Below, piece by piece: positions 42,090 through 55,662 of a DNA stretch of 64,000 nucleotides; the stretch's first letter is position 1, and each line of letters starts with the position of its first letter. A program made the position numbers and the translations under genes. The DNA lies in assembly GCF_009914755.1 (NCBI RefSeq), contig NC_060931.1; one strand, given 5' to 3'. The notes below the pieces were generated by a model. That model was not told where the DNA came from. It saw only the letters and a program-made list of their open reading frames with translations, and did not search any database. Source of the stretch: the human T2T-CHM13v2.0 reference genome, Homo sapiens.

Positions 42090-42261
42090 CTGTAAATAAA
42101 CATTATCAATGGCACATTGAAGGGTTTTCTCAGGGATAACACTACAGTACTCACTCAATTTTAAAAGCAAAACTAAAAGTTTATAACACATAAACATTAT
42201 TTTTCAAAGAATAAAATAACTCAAGATTCACAGTCCTTTTTCGACAATCTAACACTGAATA

Positions 42262-42371
42262 AATAAAATACTAGCTACTGCCAAATAGCAACCTTTCCAA
42301 CTTTCCAAATAGCAAACTTTCCAACTTTCCAATAAAATACTAGCTACTTCCAAATAGCAACCTTTCCAACT
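42262..42371. repeat. Complex local duplication (two 41-nt copies and a partial copy between them)
   Basis: 42262-42302 and 42331-42371 are 40/41 identical. Confidence 0.92.
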
Positions 42372-43219
42372 GGCTTGGCAAAATTTAAGATATGTACTAA
42401 TGCACTGCATGTTTTGTTTTAAATACTTTTAGAAACTCATCTGGAACAATCTTAATTTCAGGAAAACCCTTAAATCCAGTAAAGTAACACCCAGCGTTAT
42501 ACTGATACACCACATTGTACTGTGTGGCAGGAGTATCATATATAAAATCATGGTCCCTAAAACATCATATAGCAAGGAGAAATGTGTGATTAAAAATGCA
42601 GTTAACCTATAAATCATTTTTTTGAGTATCACATAATTTCATACGTTTTCTCAATCTTCACAGGAAGATACTATAATGATCTTCATCCTTTGAGGTAATT
42701 CCCCCAAAATTATACCAAGGACCTATTATGTGTCATATACAATGCTGGATGTTAAAATCTCATAGACAAATAATTTTTAATCCTCATTCTACAGACAAGT
42801 TTATCTTTAGAGACTCAAAAAGGTGAAGTAACTTCCAAAGTGTGTCATTCGAACTTAAGTTTGTGATTATAAAGTCAATGTTCTTTATCCTACATATAAT
42901 CAGTGCTCCATTTACATTTGTTCCACACTCACCTATACCATTCCTTCCCCAAATTATGCAAAGAAATAAGATAAAAATAAATGAGAAGAGCTTTAAATAG
43001 ACTTAATAAACTAATTCATTTACACCAAGAAAAATATTTATTACATGATTTTTCCTCACCTAAGGATTTGCATACAAACCTAGAAATACTTAAGGCAGGA
43101 CATATAAACAAATGGCATGCCAAAGAAAAACTGGATTCAAAGAGAATCATAATTTCAAGAAAACTCCTAAAACTTTAAAGAAAAATATGCAAAATATATA
43201 AATGTAGTCATTGTAACTA

Positions 43220-44200
43220 TTCAATCAATCAGTCAATCAATCTTCATTGGATATTAACTAACTGTGAGACAGAAGAGATCTACCAAGGAGGTAAAAGTAA
43301 CAGGAAGCCTCTGCTCACAGGAAGCTGACAGCACAGATGGGACAGAAGACAAGCTCTAAAGGAAAACAGGCTGAAGGGGCCTAAACCTGACAAGTGATGC
43401 ACAAAGCACTGAAGAAGTGCAGCAGAGAAACCCCCCAACTAGGGAGTACCACGGAGGCTCCAAGGGATGGAGAGAGTTTAAATAAGGAGAGAGGATAAGA
43501 AGGATATTTCCGGAGGGATAGGTATGATCTTTAAAAGAAAAAGGCATGTTCATATTCATTTTGACTAAAGAATCTGGTACACATAGGGGAAGAGCTGGGT
43601 AGGAGTTACGCTCATAGTTTGGACCAGCTGTTGAGGGGCCATGAACATCTTGTTATGGACTGCAGGCTTTTATTTGGTGGGCAATAAGAGCCTTCGAAGG
43701 TTTTTTGAGCAGAGAAAGGGCAGGACTGAAGCTATGCTTCAGGAATGGACATCTGATCCCATTGTCTCAGACAGCCTAAAAAAGGGGCGGGAGAGAGACT
43801 ACTGTGGATAAAGGGGAAGGAAGTCCTGAACTGAAGGGGCAAAGGAAATGGAAAGGAGATGGTTATAAGAGGTAAAGGAACTAGAATGGATAAGCTTTGT
43901 GCCTGAATGTGGAGGAATGAGGGGGGGGAAAAGAGCAACAAAGGATGGCTAAGGTTTTGAGCTTAGTTAACTGAGAAATGGACATATTATTACTAAAAGG
44001 AGGATAGCCAAAATAATCTATCTTACTGGGGAACACAAAGAGTTGTGTTTTCAACAGGAGGAATTTAATGTATTGGTGAGGCAACCCAGAGAACATGTCT
44101 GGGCAACTGCAAAGTATGGTAGAGCAGTCAGGACTACAGGTGGAAATTTAGGAGTCTCCTGAAAATGTTAAATGGGGATGAATCAAAATCAGCATTTCAA
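43220..44200 (-). mobile_element. L2 LINE fragment (about 1 kb)
   Basis: (TCAA)n-like tail at 43221, then cctctgctcacaggaagctgaca, gagccttcgaaggttttttgagcagagaa and aaggttttgagctt in a purine-rich tract. Confidence 0.7.
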
Positions 44201-44776
44201 CCAAGCTTGAGAGGGTAGCTGTACTTACACGACAAATAGAACTGTTCTGAATTTCTGTAACTCAATTCAAACAAAATAATGACAACTCCAATATAAGGGA
44301 CACCTGAAAATATCTGGCATTTTATTCATATTGTTAAACATAACACTGACAATTTAATATGGTTCAGTCAAATATATAGAAGACCTAATAAAAGTATACC
44401 ACTCTTTTAAAAAGTATCCTGTCTCTTTTCTTTTTAACAATAGTTATCTCACTTATGCCAAACCTTAAAGGCTAGCTTTAATAAATGGGTTAATAGGGTG
44501 TTTCCATATAAATTTTTAAAGGTAGAAGGAACGTTTACAGTCATTATTCCAACCTACTCATTTTATTGACAGATAATTTGGTAAAAGGTGAAGGAGAAAG
44601 CTTTCCTTACTTTTCACACTTTCTTTCCATAGCACCCACTCCCCTTTTAATTTAGTCACAAATTCAATAGTAAGAAATAAATTAAAAAATGGATAAAGGC
44701 ACTCGTCCTCAGTCAAAAGCTATAACCGCATCAATACAATAAGTATTATTAGTGGCTTTTAAGAAGAGACTGTGGG

Positions 44777-45077
<301 letters not shown>

Positions 45078-47049
45078 AAGAGACTGTGGGATTTAGATTT
45101 CACCACCCAAATCAGCATGAACATATAAAAATTCATTACAAGACTTAATGAAAAAACTCTGCTCTTTGACAAAGTTAACAATGAATTTAGAAGTATTTGT
45201 TACTATGAATTTTTTATTTTATTAAAACTTAAGTGCCAGTAACATGTGCTCTGGATTGTATATTGGTGTCAGAGAGCTTTGTTCTTAGAAATATGCACTC
45301 TTAAATTATCAGAATAATGATATTAAAAGTATTTACTTAAGAATTAATGTTTACTATAAAATATCCAAATTGAAATCCATGTAAGATGCCATTTAATAAG
45401 CAGATTTTAGAGGATGAGATGCTCATTAAGGACACTTCCTTTTTCCATTTTAAACCTGGTAGCGATATTTTTAAACCAAAGCTTTATGCATTTAATATAT
45501 CAATTTTTCTTAACAATATTTAAACAACTCATTTTATCTTGGCTAACAATACAAATAGCTTCCATATAAAAGATAACAAAATCAAATATGGTGTATGTTT
45601 TTGAATCTTAGGCAGGGAAAAAAACCTCAGACTGAACCTTGAATAGAACTTGGCACAAAGGAGATGTTCGATAAATACAGAATAAACAAATGGATTAAAA
45701 AAATCATACAAATAAATCTTAACATATTCATTTATTAATAGAATAAAGCTCTTAAAAATATGTAAGAACAAGTGACCAAAATTCTAGGCAATAATCACCT
45801 TCACAATATATTAGAAATATATACATTCACATATTTTTTTATTTAGGTTTATTATTAAATATGTATTATTTTGGTGTTGAGGCACAATGTCATTGTACAA
45901 TACTAATTAATACCTCAAGTAGTCAATGTTTGTGAGTTAATATATTCCATTCAACATTTTAATAACAGTAAACAAAAACAGCTCAGCTATGCAGTAAAAT
46001 CCATCAAACCACACAGATGGTTATAAGGTTTTCATTATGTGGTTTCCATAGCAATCATATTGCAAACCTGGAAGCTTCTTGCAAATAAGCAGCTTGTATT
46101 TACATGCCTCTCAGCTGCAGCACAAAACTCTTCAACATGTGAAGTTATTATTCCAATCACACATTGTTAGAAGAATCATCAGGAGATTTTTTTTTTTTTT
46201 TTTGAACAGACAGGATGAAAGTAACAGTAAAGTGAGCTAAGTGCAGAAGAAAATTCAAACATAGTCACACATTTACTAAACTGATCAGTGAGAACAGCAG
46301 AAATGTTCTGGTAGTCATCAAAAGGTTTTAACAATAAACTCTGTCAAAAATATGAAACTTCCAGGAGCAATCAGACCCTGAAGAATTAAAAAAAAAAACA
46401 ACTGCACCCACCCCTCTTTTTAATAGATATTTGGCCTTCTCTCTGAGTTAAGCAAAGAGAGGAAGAATGGCAAATAGTTTGAGTCTTCCCAAATCTTTTT
46501 AGCATTTGAGAAAAGGCTTACTGTGGGAAAAGTCATGGCCCTTTTTCCCCCTTTTTAATCTATTTAATTTACAAAATTGATCCAGTTCCATAACAGATGG
46601 ATTATTACCCTAATAGGGATTGCAAATCTGTCTAGCTATGCAGTTTTTACAAAATGGGCATTTACGGCTTACTAATGTTCTTATCTTTAGGATAAATAAC
46701 CAAAAAGAAGAGTGATAAGCAAATGGCACCATTTAGCTGACACTGCTTGAAAAAAGGTTGAAGAAAATTTGTTAACACCAACTCAAGGTATGCGATGTTC
46801 ACATCAAGGCCGAGGACTGATTTTATCATCTCTTCCAGGGAGAAGAGGAAGATGATATAAAAAATCTTTCACTTACATAATGATCACCTTTCTCACTAAA
46901 TACCCTCAGAAAACAGCTTTACTAAATTATAATGTACTTTAAAATATAAAACACAGAATCAAAAGTTAAGCTCTGAAATAAAGTTTGGATTTAGATCTCC
47001 ACCTGTCCAGGCATTATTTAATATTATATATTTTTCTCAGGAAATGTGA

Positions 47050-47280
47050 ATATTTATTGCTTAAATGTTCACATTATATGCATTTATATCCATTATGTAA
47101 CTAAATCCTCCAACAATTCTATGAGGTAATTATAAGTACTTTTATCATCACCATTTTATGAATATGAAAAATGAATTTATGGAGCTTGAATAACTTGTCA
47201 AGGTTCATACATCCAGTTAGTACATAAGCTGGGATTTTAACTTTAGGCATATGCCTTAACTCTAAGCCACAGTGTCTCCT
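47050..47280 (-). mobile_element. MIR SINE
   Basis: aatcctccaacaattctatgaggtaa...ccattttatgaatatgaaaa...taacttgtcaaggt...gctgggatttt. Confidence 0.65.
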
Positions 47281-48528
47281 CCTTTATTTTCATTAAAATC
47301 TTCAATTTACAGGTGGATTGCTTTCTAAAATTTTACTTAAAATACTGTCTGTTTGTGGACTTTGAAAACATTTTCACATAGAATAGTAGGTTCTACACTA
47401 TCATAGCATCGTATCTGAAGAACATCTTAAGCAAACTTTTTAGTGCTGATTTAGAAACAATTGCAACCAGGGCTGCCCAAAATATATGGTCTTCTTTCTC
47501 CTCTCCCAGTTCCCCTTCCTCACCTCTAGCTTTTAACACACTCCTCTGTTCCTAAAGTTACACACTATTTGGGCATTGCACACAAGATGCCCGAGTGGGA
47601 GATGGAAGAGGTGACATGGGGGAACAGAGGACACCACCGGCTAGTCCTAGTGGTAAAATGTAAAAGATAGAAGTACTGGGAGGATACATACAAATGGAAC
47701 CCCACCCGCTCTTCTCTCCCATGACCTGTGGCAAGTCACAAAGGCTGGAAGAAGGGTTGGAAAAGTTAGAGTCGAATCTAAGGGGTATGGGCAAAAGATT
47801 CACAATTATGACAGCAAGGGAAAGTGAGCTCCCCAGGGGCCTATAAATCTAGAACTACTGGTAATATGAAGGATTTTTATATTACTATATTTTATTATAC
47901 TTCTAAAGGACTGTTCTGTCTATTCAATAGACTATTATTTTACAGCAATAAAATACATATTTTTAAAAAGATATAAGCATGTGCCTTTTAGCATTATACA
48001 AACTTCAGAATGAATGGCAGGATAAAGATGACTGAAATAGCATAGTTAGAGTCATGTTTACTCTTATGGAAATTTGGCAAAGTGGGGCCTATTGTTACAG
48101 CTCTGTTACTCACATAAACTGGACACTGCTTCTAATTCTTAGTGTCATCTCTGTATTTCAAAGTAGGAAGAGTAAGTCTATCCCATAGCACTTTGAAGAA
48201 GGATTTGGGGAAGACAATGAGATAACCAGATTTCTCAGGGGAAAAAATGAAAAATTAGTATGCTGTATCAAGTTTATTACCTTAGGAACTGGGAGTTTTG
48301 CAACAATTTATTAATTAAGCAACCAGGAAGGTTAATGTGATATAAAGGCAAGAAAATAAGCAATAGTTGTTCAACCACAAAATCTAATTTTCACCTTTGA
48401 CATTCTATTATTCTAAGGTTTAATATGAAAAGGTTATCACTACCCTTCAAAAGCAAAAGGAAATACCATTGGATTGTAGTAAATTTCTGTACTATGACAT
48501 TAAAATTAATAATTTAAACACAAATCTG

Positions 48529-48656
48529 CTTTGGGAGGCCAAGGCAGGAGGATCGCTTAACAGTTTGAGTTTATAGTGAGCAAAGATCATGCCACTGCAT
48601 CCTGGCCTGGGTGACAGAGCAAGACGCTGTCTCTAACAAAAACAAAAACAAAAAAA
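48529..48656 (+). mobile_element. Old Alu monomer fragment (FRAM/AluJ-like)
   Basis: tttgggaggccaaggcaggaggatcgctt...gtgacagagcaagac followed by an A-rich tail. Confidence 0.85.
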
Positions 48657-49394
48657 TACCCATACACACACAAATCAGAAAATGTGAAAATAATTTTTCA
48701 CATAGACATATTTGTTAATATCATGATTGGGATGTTGAGGAAAAAACTTGAACTCAAGCAAAGATCTCATTTGATAGAGTCAGGAAAAAAAATCTTAGAA
48801 GGGAAAGAAACCTTAGATAGAATCTTGTTCAGTTTCCTCATTTCACAGAAGATGAGGTAAACTGTGGGTGCTGAATGACTGGACCGAGGGCACACAGCTT
48901 GCACACTGTACCCTTCTCCCTGAAACTGCCTTCTGTGCACCGCAGACATTTCTGAAAAGTTATCTGCTGCTCGAGAAGCACTCCTTTGTTTCAGGAGCAG
49001 TCTTGTATACACTCGATCACCTACAGGCAATTAGGCAATTATGGCAAAAGGGAATGTATATAGGTTAAAAACAAAGTTTTCATAGGTCAGATTCGGTTGG
49101 TCAGAAGCGACTGTGAATTAGAAAATGATCCTACTCCTAAAGAGTACTAGGTATTAGGAAGTTATGAAATGGAGCTCCTTCTTGTCCCATTGAATTATTC
49201 ACTGTATGATAAAAATTCTCCTTTACAACCCAAATTCTTGGCTTTTTATTAAAGTTTATAACAAATTGTGTAATTCTAAAATTCTTTTAGTCCAGGAAAG
49301 TCTGAATTCATTTATTTTTCACTTACAGTAACCTCTATCTGGCTCTGGATTTCTGATACAATTACAGCTCATTTTTTTTTTCATTTAAAGTAAC

Positions 49395-49520
49395 CTTTTT
49401 CTTATTATTCTTGTTACAAAAGCAGTATCTACTCATTGCTGAAAGTCAGAAAATAGAGATAAGCAAAATAAATAAATAAATCATCCATGATCCAAGCATA
49501 ACCACTATTAACACCTTCTT
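49395..49520 (-). mobile_element. L1ME-like 3' end fragment
   Basis: ctcattgctgaaagtcagaaaatagagataagcaaaat...aatcatccatgatcc...ataaccactattaaca is typical of an antisense L1ME 3' end. Confidence 0.6.
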
Positions 49521-50027
49521 CTAGGCTACCTTTATTCAGCTACTGGTTTTTCTTAATTCTTATTTTAAATAAAATACCCCAAATGCATATGTATTCATTG
49601 TCCCCATACATTTCTTATCCCAAAAGTATATATGCATTTCATTGTAAACTGTTTTGAATCCTTTTTTAGAAAGTAAAATACATCAACTCAATTTAGATTT
49701 TTTTGGCTTGCTTTAAATTTTATTAGATTAAAAAATACTATCTAGTGACAAATAGGCTGATGTTATGATTATTTGATTGTAATGTGGCTGTCTTATCAGG
49801 GTCTACAACTGCCTACTATAACCTCTGGAAAAACAGCTGATATATGGATGCAGAGCTCATTTGTTATAGGCTTTTGCTCTGTTTCCTCTGCTTGCCTATG
49901 CAAATATACCCTTTCTCATCATATGCAGTGCATCTTAACCTCATTTTCAAGAGCCCAAGAAAGAAAAAGCACAGTTTCATAGAAAGAACCATCACCATTA
50001 GACTTACTGGCTCCACATCCCTTATAC

Positions 50028-51485
<1,458 letters not shown>

Positions 51486-51599
51486 CCCTGTACTTTCTAG
51501 GGTAGTTTTAGTTAAATATCTAAACATTGTTCATCCACCACATGAAAAAAAATGATATCCTGCTAACCTAGAACACTATTTGATAATTATTTTATGTTC

Positions 51600-52150
51600 C
51601 CAAAGCACACAATCTCAGGATTGAATCACATTAAACTGTTGACTCATATTGAGCTATTGACCAAAGTCCGTATGTGTTTTTCCCATTTTCTGTGAAGCCA
51701 AGTCTTTCCTTTCTTGTACTTGTGCAACTAGATTTTTGGAGCAAGTGGAATATTCTATCATATTTCATCTTGTTGGATTTGACCCATGATTTTGTTCTAT
51801 TGAGAGCAAGCCTGTATCCAAAACAATGATGAATAGGTTGGATATGATAATATTGAAAATAAAGCCCTAAGGTATTCATAAAATCAATTAATTAGCACTC
51901 TTTGGACACAGCTGTAGAGTCAGTTATCTGGTGGTCTCTATATCTATAAAGATTTCATGAGAATCCTGACCACATGTCTTACTGAAGTCCAGTTATATGT
52001 CCACCAATTCCTGGAACTCATACTGGGTTCCAGTAATTAGTGTTTCATCTTCTAGTTAACATAAAAGACTCTCTTTGATACTCTATGTTAGCAGTTTCTG
52101 GAGTCCTCTTTATAGCCCATTAACTATCTAGAATTTTCAGAATTCATCTG
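51600..52150 (-). mobile_element. CR1/L3 LINE fossil, reverse-transcriptase region
   Basis: Minus-strand translation near 51948-52004 is VDI*LDFSKTCGQDSHEIF (compare CR1 RT VD..YLDFSKAFD.VSH..L). ORF 51631..51879 contains WVKSNKMKY (compare W...N.MKFN). Confidence 0.75.
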
Positions 52151-52169
52151 AAAAGGGATACCAGATACG

Positions 52170-52504
52170 CTTTTCAGAACCAACACAGCCATCCCCAACT
52201 GCTGGGACTCAAGCTGCAGTTGGTTCATAACTGCGTCTCTCACTAGAAATTGCCCTCAACTGCAGGGAATTGCTTCACTCAAGGTTATAGGGCCTCCCAG
52301 AGAATGGCTTGGAGCCAATGAATAGCTAATGCAGGAATACAAAGACAAGCCCCTATGCCTCAATTTGGCACAATCCTGAAGAGTCCGCCTAGCCTAGTCT
52401 GGCCTTCTTCACTTTCATCCGGCGTATGTCCTAAGATCACTCATCCATAAACCTTCTACATAAAACTGTCTTAGAGTCTGTTTCAGGGAACCCAACTTGA
52501 GACA
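52170..52504 (+). mobile_element. Solo ERVL LTR (LTR16C-like) inserted into a CR1/L3 fossil
   Basis: aattgccctcaactgcagggaattgcttcactcaaggtta...gccaatga and the 3' end ttagagtctgtttcagggaacccaacttgagaca. Confidence 0.7.
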
Positions 52505-53176
52505 CTTTCTACTGTTTTTGAAGTTTATAATACAATTGCTAGACTCCAGACCTCTAAAGTCTTTCTCTTCCTTCATGTTTCCCTCAAAATGAGTGACAGC
52601 AGCTCAATGACTTCATTTACAATTTCTCTTGTAATGTATGACAGTTTTACCTGGGCCAGAAGACAAACCCAAGTCCTACTTATCTTTAAAGCAAAGCTCA
52701 ATCCCCACTCTGGGAAGCAGCTGGCCTCTCTCCCCTTTGTGTTCTCACAGACTTGGTCCAGGCCTCTATTATTCCACTCATAAGGTACTGCAAACATTCC
52801 TCTACTGTCCACTTTTACTCCAGGTGTGGACTCCCCAGTGACTTATTTATATTACCTAAACAAGCCTGGAACAAAGAAGGAGTTTGTTTTGGCTAGCTAG
52901 GTATTTTATTTGAATCTTTGTCAATCCTGGGCTTCTGTTCCCTCTTACCAATCTTATTACTTGGAGGAAGATTCTTAACAGAAAAGGAGCAAATAGAAAC
53001 TGAGCTGTTTTCTCTGAACCACTGTCTCTAATAAGTTTTGAAAACAAAAACACACAACTGTCATACATTTTTGGTTGTGCTTATCATAATTTATAAATGT
53101 AAGCTATTTTCATATTTTCTTTGGTTATTCAGCTATTTCAATTGTTGATGGATACCCCCTTTAAAATTCGCATTCA

Positions 53177-53506
<330 letters not shown>

Positions 53507-53877
53507 TCATTGAATAGATTCTAGCACAAGGATATTATTTTAACTTCTCTTTTTTTCCCTCATTAAGATCATTTACAATTAAAATTCAAATGGCATTTAA
53601 AAATACTTGTTTGTCATTAATACCACAAAATACCACAATATTTTTGCTTATTCTTTCCCTGAATTTTCTGAAATCTGCCTTCCTACAGTCTTAGCAAATG
53701 TGTGTGGGTAATGGGCAGCCTTTTCTTCGGTGGCTATCATGGATTCTAAGATGATATCTGCTTTTGTCCAATTTTTTCCACAATTAAAAGTGGACACCGT
53801 ATCAGTTTCCTTATTTATTTCCTACATCCTTCTGTCTCACTCATTTTAAAATATGCCACTTCCATGTTTGAACTATA

Positions 53878-54168
53878 TTTTTTGTTTTTTGTTTTTTTGA
53901 GGCAGGGTCTCACACTGTCACCCAAGTTGGAGTGCAGTGGCATGATCTCAGCACACTGAAACCTCTACCTCCCAGGCTCATGTGATCCTCCCAAGTAGCT
54001 GAGACTGCAGGCGCACACTACTACATCCGGCTGATTTTTGTATTTTTTGTAGAGACAGGGTTTTGCCATGTTGCCCAGGCTGGTCTTGAACTCCTGGGCT
54101 CAAGCAATCCACCTGCCTCGGCTTCCCAAAGTGCTTGGGGTTACAGGCATGAGCCACTGCGCCCAGCC
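53878..54168 (-). mobile_element. Alu (AluJ-like)
   Basis: J-type segments gcagggtctcac and ctcctgggctcaagcaatcc. TSD atgtttgaac on both sides. Confidence 0.93.
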
Positions 54169-54653
54169 ATGTTTGAACCGTATCTCAAGAAAGAAAAAGA
54201 TATGATGATAATGATTGTTTATTGCTCTCTCTCCCCTTCTCTATATTCTTAGTGTCAGTTCGTCAGTTCTTCTTGTTTGAAGATTCCTAGTTGCTGCATA
54301 CTAGAAAAACTAACCATCCTGATCCCTGGTTCTGTGTGTCCCAGTCAGTAAGAAACTGAGGGTGGGGAGAGAGTCACACTCAGTCTTACTCCCTTGTGCT
54401 TAGTTTGCTGTGCCCTACAGTAATAGCTTCTACCTGCTTAGAAGGCCTCAATCCAAGGAATGAAAGGGATCAAGCACATAGTGTTGAATATTTAATATTT
54501 ATAGGGCAATTATCAAATAATAGCCTCACTTGTATTTTTCTACTATCACCACATTTCCCCTCTGCAATATGAGGTAACTTCTAATTTGCGAATAGAGATT
54601 ATGAGACACATCAACATCTCGGCATACCACCACGATGTGGTATTTATCTTGAG

Positions 54654-54835
54654 CAGTGGTTATCAAACTTCAGCAGCATCAGAATCACCTGGTGGGCTTT
54701 TTAAAACCCAGATTGCTGTGCCCCATGCACAGAGTTTCTGATTCAGTATATTTTGGCTGAGCTGGAGAAGGTGCATTTCTAACAAGTTTCCAGCCCATGC
54801 TGCTGGTCCCAGGACAGTACTTTTGAGAACCATGG
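54654..54835 (+). mobile_element. MER5A-like hAT MITE
   Basis: Termini cagtggttatcaaactt ... tttgagaaccatgg. Internal catcagaatcacctgg and agagtttctgattcagta. Confidence 0.85.
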
Positions 54836-54857
54836 CTCAGAGCCGTATCTTCGAAGG

Positions 54858-55052
54858 CACAGGTGTCCAACCTTTTGGCTTCTCTGGGCCACCCCAGAAG
54901 AAGAAGAATTGTCTTGGGCCACACATAAGATAAACTAACACTAACAATACCTGATGAGCTTTAAAAAAAAAAATTCCATGCATAATTTTCATGATATCCA
55001 CCACCACAAATAAGCAAAAAACTCCCTGCATTCAAAGGATTGGACATGGTTG
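54858..55052 (+). mobile_element. MER30-family hAT MITE (MER30B-like)
   Basis: ggtgtccaaccttttggcttctctgggccac...gaagaagaattgtcttgggccacacataa...ttggaca, with terminal inverted tgtccaa/ttggaca. Confidence 0.85.
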
Positions 55053-55264
55053 TCCTAAGGCTTTCTTTTGCATAAGGTCTCTAAGGTTTCAGTGTTCTAT
55101 CATTATTTGAAGGTAAGTACATTTTAAGCTTCAAAATACAGATATATGTCACTAAATAATACCAAAGTAAAATTAATTATATAATGGAATTAGCAAAACA
55201 GGAGTTAATCCCATATATGCATTTGAAAGATACAACATAACTATATAAATGCAATATAATTTGT

Positions 55265-55410
55265 AGTCCAGAAGTTTATATTACCCTCTTTCACTAGCTA
55301 TACAAACTTAGACAAGTTAATTAAACTCTCTGAACCTCAGTTTTTTCATCTGGACAACAGAACTATAAAATCTGCTTTAGATAATTATTATGAGGATGAA
55401 ATAAGGTAAA
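55265..55410 (+). mobile_element. MIR SINE
   Basis: cttagacaagttaattaaactctctgaacctcagttttttcatctg...atgaggatgaaataag. Confidence 0.7.
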
Positions 55411-55454
55411 GTGGTCAACACAAATCTGCATAGCAGATTTGTAACAGTGATTAT

Positions 55455-55662
55455 AATAATCTGTTTACTGTGTACTAAACACCACTAGGTACTATATACA
55501 TAAATCTCATTCAAAACCCATCATTAACATTTTACAGATAATGAAACGAAGGCATAGAAACACTTAAGTAACTTGTTCAGCATAACACAGCTATAATAAT
55601 AATTAGTGTCAGGATTTACACCCAGGCAGTCTGCCTCCAGAGCCCAGGTTCTGAAGCACTAC
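55455..55662 (-). mobile_element. MIR SINE, inverted relative to the adjacent MIR
   Basis: cattttacagataatgaaacgaaggcatagaa...ttaagtaacttgttcagc...caggatttacacccaggcagtctgcctccagagcc. Confidence 0.75.

Noticed and set aside
42262-42371. CRISPR-like repeat-spacer array
   Set aside because: Eukaryotic intron, only two full copies, and the spacer is itself derived from the repeat.
44346-44374. Possible half MADE2 element
   Set aside because: Only about 28 bp of similarity, too short to call.
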